64,000 nucleotides of DNA, taken from NCBI RefSeq assembly GCF_001194135.2, contig NC_068982.1:93099064-93163063 (forward strand), in the 5' to 3' direction. Below are positions 59,055 to 64,000 of the stretch, piece by piece. A program made the position numbers and the translations under genes. Each line of letters starts with the position of its first letter. The first letter of the stretch is position 1. This stretch comes from Octopus bimaculoides (Eukaryota). Below the pieces are notes generated by a model. It did not search any database. It worked only from the letters and a program-made list of their open reading frames with translations, and was not told the origin of the DNA.

Positions 59055-61788
59055 ACCAGAATTGTACATATAAGACAACTCAATGTAGTTATATGTGCTA
59101 CATATCGCCCTCCAGATGCTCCAAATCATGTAGGCAAGTTTGAAGACTGCCTTACAAAAATAGAAGAAGTTCTAGTCACATTAGAACAACACAAGTGTAC
59201 TTCTTATAGGAGACTTCAATCTGCCCAATGTCAGATGGCTCGAGGGCCTTTCTCTCCCAGGAATGACGCGATACAAACAAGGACAGGTGAATTCCCTCCT
59301 GAACCTCACCAACACTTTGTACATGGAACAAATAGTACTCCAAACAACCAGGGCAGGTAATATACTGGATCTCTGCTTCACAAATAATATGGATCTCATC
59401 CATAATGTGAAAGTGACACCGACGCTACTCTCGGATCACAACATGGTAGAGCTGACCATGTACAGACCAAAGGAAACCATGGACATGCAGCCTACAAGAA
59501 ACTCTCAGAATCTTTCCAATTTGAACTTCTATAAGGCAAACTGGAAACAAATTGAGAAAGAGATCCTCAAACAAAACTAGCNNNNNNNNNNNNNNNNNNN
59601 NNNNNNNNNNNNNNNNNNNNNNNNNNNNNNNNNNNNNNNNNNNNNNNNNNNNNNNNNNNNNNNNNNNNNNNNNNNNNNNNNNNNNNNNNNNNNNNNNNNN
59701 NNNNNNNNNNNNNNNNNNNNNNNNNNNNNNNNNNNNNNNNNNNNNNNNNNNNNNNNNNNNNNNNNNNNNNNNNNNNNNNNNNNNNNNNNNNNNNNNNNNN
59801 NNNNNNNNNNNNNNNNNNNNNNNNNNNNNNNNNNNNNNNNNNNNNNNNNNNNNNNNNNNNNNNNNNNNNNNNNNNNNNNNNNNNNNNNNNNNNNNNNNNN
59901 NNNNNNNNNNNNNNNNNNNNNNNNNNNNNNNNNNNNNNNNNNNNNNNNNNNNNNNNNNNNNNNNNNNNNNNNNNNNNNNNNNNNNNNNNNNNNNNNNNNN
60001 NNNNNNNNNNNNNNNNNNNNNNNNNNNNNNNNNNNNNNNNNNNNNNNNNNNNNNNNNNNNNNNNNNNNNNNNNNNNNNNNNNNNNNNNNNNNNNNNNNNN
60101 NNNNNNNNNNNNNNNNNNNNNNNNNNNNNNNNNNNNNNNNNNNNNNNNNNNNNNNNNNNNNNNNNNNNNNNNNNNNNNNNNNNNNNNNNNNNNNNNNNNN
60201 NNNNNNNNNNNNNNNNNNNNNNNNNNNNNNNNNNNNNNNNNNNNNNNNNNNNNNNNNNNNNNNNNNNNNNNNNNNNNNNNNNNNNNNNNNNNNNNNNNNN
60301 NNNNNNNNNNNNNNNNNNNNNNNNNNNNNNNNNNNNNNNNNNNNNNNNNNNNNNNNNNNNNNNNNNNNNNNNNNNNNNNNNNNNNNNNNNNNNNNNNNNN
60401 NNCTTGCTGCCTGACACCCAACATGGTTTTTGACCAGGAAGAAGCTGCCTGACTCAGCTCTTACAACACTATGACTGGGTGCTGAAACAGCTACTTAACC
60501 ACTCAAATGTGGAAGTGATATATCTCGACTTTGCAAAGGCCTTTGATAAAGTCGATCATGGAATGATATGTCACAAACTGCGTGATCTTGGCATAGTTGG
60601 AAAATTGGGAGAATGGCTTCATGACTTTCTGAAAGATAGAAGTCAGGTGGTAGTAGCCAATGGGGCCACCTCCAATGACACGCAAATAGTGAGCGGTGTT
60701 CCGCAAAGCGCTGTTTTGGGACTACTACTGTTCATAATGGCCCTCTCTGACATGCTCTCAGCCACACAGAGAGCCACGGTCACAACTTATGCAGATGATA
60801 CAAAAGTCTCACAGGTAATACAGAACCTTGAAGACACTATGCACCTGCAATGTGAGCTGGATGAAATATACAAGTGGGCTGAAAAGAATAACATGCAGTT
60901 TAATGCTGAAAAGTTTCAAGCCTTGTGCTATCAGCATGCAAAACTAAATGCAGTACCCATTAAATACACTGGACCTGGAGGGACTGCAATCACAGAAGCA
61001 GAGACAGTACGAGATATGGGCATTTACATGAGTAATAATGCATCCCTTCATGTTCATGTTGCTAAATTGTCAATGAAATGCAGGCGACTGACCGGATGGA
61101 TTCTTAGGACTTTTAGAACGAGAGATCAGGAAACCATGATGGTGCGCTGGAAGACACTTGTTCTAAGCCACTTTGACTATTGCTCTCAGCTATGGTCACC
61201 AACCAGTGTCAAATTAATCTCAGAACTTGAGGCAATCCAACGAAGCTACACGAAGAAGATAGCCTCTATGCAGCATATAAGCTATTGGGAAAGACTCAAG
61301 AGATTAAGACTCTATTCCTTAGAGCGTAGACGAGAAAGATATGCCATAATATACATCTGGAAGATCCTCGAAGGAATTGTCCCAAACTTTGGCATCGAAA
61401 GTTACACAAATAAAAGAACTGGACGCCATTGCAAAGTGCCAAGGACTCCAAATTTGCCATTAAGATGTAGGACAAGATACTGCAATAGCCTGGGCTTCAG
61501 AGGTCCGCAGCTCTTCAATATCCTCCCGAAGGATCTGAGAGACCTGCATGCGGTGGATGTAGGTGTCTTCAAGATGAAACTGGGCCTCTTCCTGTCAGGT
61601 GTCCCAGATGAACCAACTTCACGACAGGAGGTGCAGATGAGAGCAGCTGCATCAAACTCTCTCATGCACCAAATGTCAATTCCTTAAGTAAAATTCGTGA
61701 AGTAAAATTGTGTAGCAACACCAAATGGCAGTGCCCCAGCATGGCCACAGCTCATGAGCTGAAACTAGATAAAATGAAAAATAAAATG
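59055..61788 (+). mobile_element. CR1/L2-group LINE, 5'-truncated, APE + RT, with internal gap
   Basis: VICATYRPP, GDFN, NILDLCFTN, LSDH; RT QHGF*PGRSC, YLDFAKAFDKVDH, GVPQ, YADDTK, 402-codon open stretch; 3' tail with stem-loop and TAAAATG repeats. One nonsense codon, an APE frameshift and a degenerate GVPQSAVLGLLLF. Confidence 0.93.
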
Positions 61789-61794
61789 TAAATG

Positions 61795-62665
61795 AATCCA
61801 CGAAATAATCATACTTTCTGATTTTTTAATGCTACAAACCTTCCTGACGACCATCTTTGGGTAATCTTTCAGTATACAGTGTTTAAAAAAATAAATAAAA
61901 ATTAAAGGGGAAATAATTAGGTTCTCATACCTAAATAACGGTATGTACACTCACGAAGTGATTGTGCACCAGGAGATCCGACAAATAACGATGTCCATAT
62001 GCAAAATGTGGAGAATATATGGATGCAAGTAAAAAGAAAATTACGGCGTCAATTAGGAATGTCAGACAATTTATTGGTTTCATATTTACACGAGTTTATA
62101 TGGAGGAATTCTGTAACAAAGAAAAAGACTTTTGTTCAGTTTTTGGTGGATATAGCCAATGTCTACGTTGTTATTTTTTCCCTTTAGTTTTTATTTACTT
62201 TTTTAAGCACCATATACTGAAAGATTTACCCGTCTTTGTAATCCCGAAAAATATCGTAACCATTGGTCCTACCGTCTGGCTGTGAAGAGGGAACAGACAA
62301 ACGGACAGACAGACGGACATAACGCTCATTATAGTAAGATAGCAAATCTGCCTATCTACGCTGGGGAATAAAGGGATAGTAGCGCAAATCTAAGCCCTCT
62401 AAATTCACGAACTATGCGGTGGGAGGGGGGATCCAGAATTAATTCTCGTCACTGGTGATTTATTAATACAAAACTCAGTATCCACTAAATAATCATACTT
62501 TTTCACATTTTATCAGATTGAATAATTTCCATTTTTTCTTTTCGCTAAAAACCTTCCTACCTACTTCGTAATCTCCCAAAACACCGTGACTACTGATCCA
62601 GCCGTTTCACCGTGAAGAGGGAACAGACAAACAGACGGACATAACGCCCATTATAATAAGGTTTA
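61795..62665 (+). mobile_element. Two tandem Helitron/Helentron-like non-autonomous elements (about 61795-62345 and 62475-62665)
   Basis: Shared aaataatcatactt..aaaccttcct..gtgaagagggaacagac(aaac/ggac)agacggacataacgc..attata; the GACA microsatellite end recalls Lep1/HINE elements. Confidence 0.55.
61860..62230 (+). mobile_element. Merlin (IS1016/ISXO2-like) deletion derivative
   Basis: About 55-bp TIRs starting GGTAA; 8-bp TSD catctttg/cgtctttg; internal VHMQNVENIWMQVKRKL..LLVSYLHEFIWR..FVQFLVDIANVY. Confidence 0.85.
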
Positions 62666-62999
62666 GTAACTATATATTTAATTGTAAACTTTAAAGCGAA
62701 CTGTAATAATGTGCGTTTTCATTTTTACAGAATGTCTCCCTCTGTTCCTGATAACCGGTGGACGTATAAAATACGAGAAAGTACACATAAAACCGGTGTG
62801 CAATTAAACAAAACTAATTAATAACGAAAACAAACTCAAGATTAAAATAACCGCAAATTATTTCAAGTTAATTACGTGGTTTATCATACTTTACAGAAAG
62901 GCATAATTAAAATATTTCACTTCAGTAAATCTTCAACCATACATCAATGCAAGAGATAGAGCTGACAAAACAAAAATAAAACTCCGACGTGGCTTGTTT

Positions 63000-63070
63000 A
63001 TATAGATGTAAATATATATGACATTTCAATAACAAAAAATATATATATATATGACATTTCAATAACAAAA
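63000..63070. repeat. Short tandem duplication (atatatatgacatttcaataacaaaaa x2)
   Basis: Direct repeat seen. Confidence 0.75.
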
Positions 63071-63369
63071 ATAAACAAATATGCAAATTAAAAATAGCTA
63101 CGTACCAGAATATGGCTGGTAACAAACAACCTGTAGTAAAGCGCAAGATATATCAAGGAATAGACTGTTGTTTATTTAGGTCAATAATAAACAAGCACGA
63201 AGTGCTTTATTTATACCAAGTATGATAACTCTTACCATCGAAAAACCAAGTTAGGTAACTCTTGCTCTCTTGTAACCAAGTGAGATAACTTTCTTGGCTT
63301 CACGTCACCGAGGGCATCTCTACGAGTAAAAGAAGTTCTCACCGAAAATAAACTTTTCCTTAAAGTTTG

Positions 63370-63520
63370 GTAAAAGCAATGTTTTTACCTTGGATATCAA
63401 GAAAGCCTTTCACCGTATCTGGGATGCAAATTTCCTGTCAAACTTCTCGCCCAAGAGTTACCACAATCTCTTATTTCTTGGATTGGTAGCTGCCTTTCAG
63501 ATCGCAAAATCGTGACACAG
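63370..63520 (+). mobile_element. Degraded LINE RT fragment
   Basis: LDIKKAFHRIW and LPQSLISWIGSCLSDRKI resemble LDISKAFDRVW..LISWISSFLSDR. Confidence 0.6.
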
Positions 63521-64000
63521 CCATCAGACTCAACATTAAAAAAAAGAAAGAAAGAAGAAAAAGATAGCTATTCTAAAACCCCTCAACATTCCACTTTTAC
63601 TCCAACTTCTGTTTTGTGCTTTTTAAAACATTCATATGCACAAACTGCCAGAAAACCAGCACATGGTCATCACGATTTTCCATCCAAACCATTGACTGGC
63701 AGCAACTCGCATTAAATGTAGAAAGCACTAATATCAGTTCTCAGTAGTCCTAGACTAGAAGGGCATAAAAATATATTAACAGTTTTCTTTAATTCTCTGA
63801 CAACCTCATAACAAATTAGTATTGTATTATCGACTATGAGGTTATTTTAAGTTACTGCAGACATAGATATATGTGTTCATTAAACAATCATTTAGAAGAA
63901 AAACTGGCGAAATATTAATTTTATTGGAATATAATGTGTATGTATATGATACATATATAATACAAAACCACATTAAAAATAGAAATTCAAAATTTGGAAA

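Noticed and set aside
29880-60433. Long ORF-track entries spanning N-gaps (about 30k, 32.5-33k, 36.2k, 59.6-60.4k) and (AT)n/(AG)n/(AC)n ORFs
   Set aside because: Artefacts of unknown bases and microsatellites.

Overview
This is AT-rich, microsatellite-dense animal DNA with several N-gaps. The SINE and LINE landscape looks like an octopus/coleoid genome (inference from recalled repeat families, not a database result). One protein-coding gene dominates: a minus-strand cytosolic GH38 alpha-mannosidase (MAN2C1 orthologue). I traced 28 coding exons by hand from the ATG at 55273 to 4744. All introns are GT-AG, phases are compatible, and the total is 2871 nt = 957 codons with no stop. The metal-binding and catalytic motifs GHCHID, WIPDTFG, GHGDGG and NQFHD are intact. 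The last exon(s) were not found and probably lie left of base 1. Probable non-coding 5' exons lie at about 57.2 kb and 58.7 kb. Introns and the upstream region are packed with mobile elements, mostly decayed: tRNA-derived SINEs; RTE, CR1/L2-group, Dong/R4, CRE and Penelope retroelements; a solo LTR; and mariner, Chapaev, Merlin, hAT, piggyBac and Helitron/Helentron-like DNA elements. Three observations stand out. (1) An RTE insertion carries at its 5' junction a ~420-bp inverted copy of the flanking DNA that stops almost exactly at the insertion site, suggesting a template jump during TPRT. (2) A CR1/L2-group LINE shares its 3' tail with the dominant SINE, with a conserved but differently composed stem-loop. 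(3) There are two CpG-decayed minimal hammerhead-ribozyme relics. No CRISPR, rRNA or true tRNA genes were seen.
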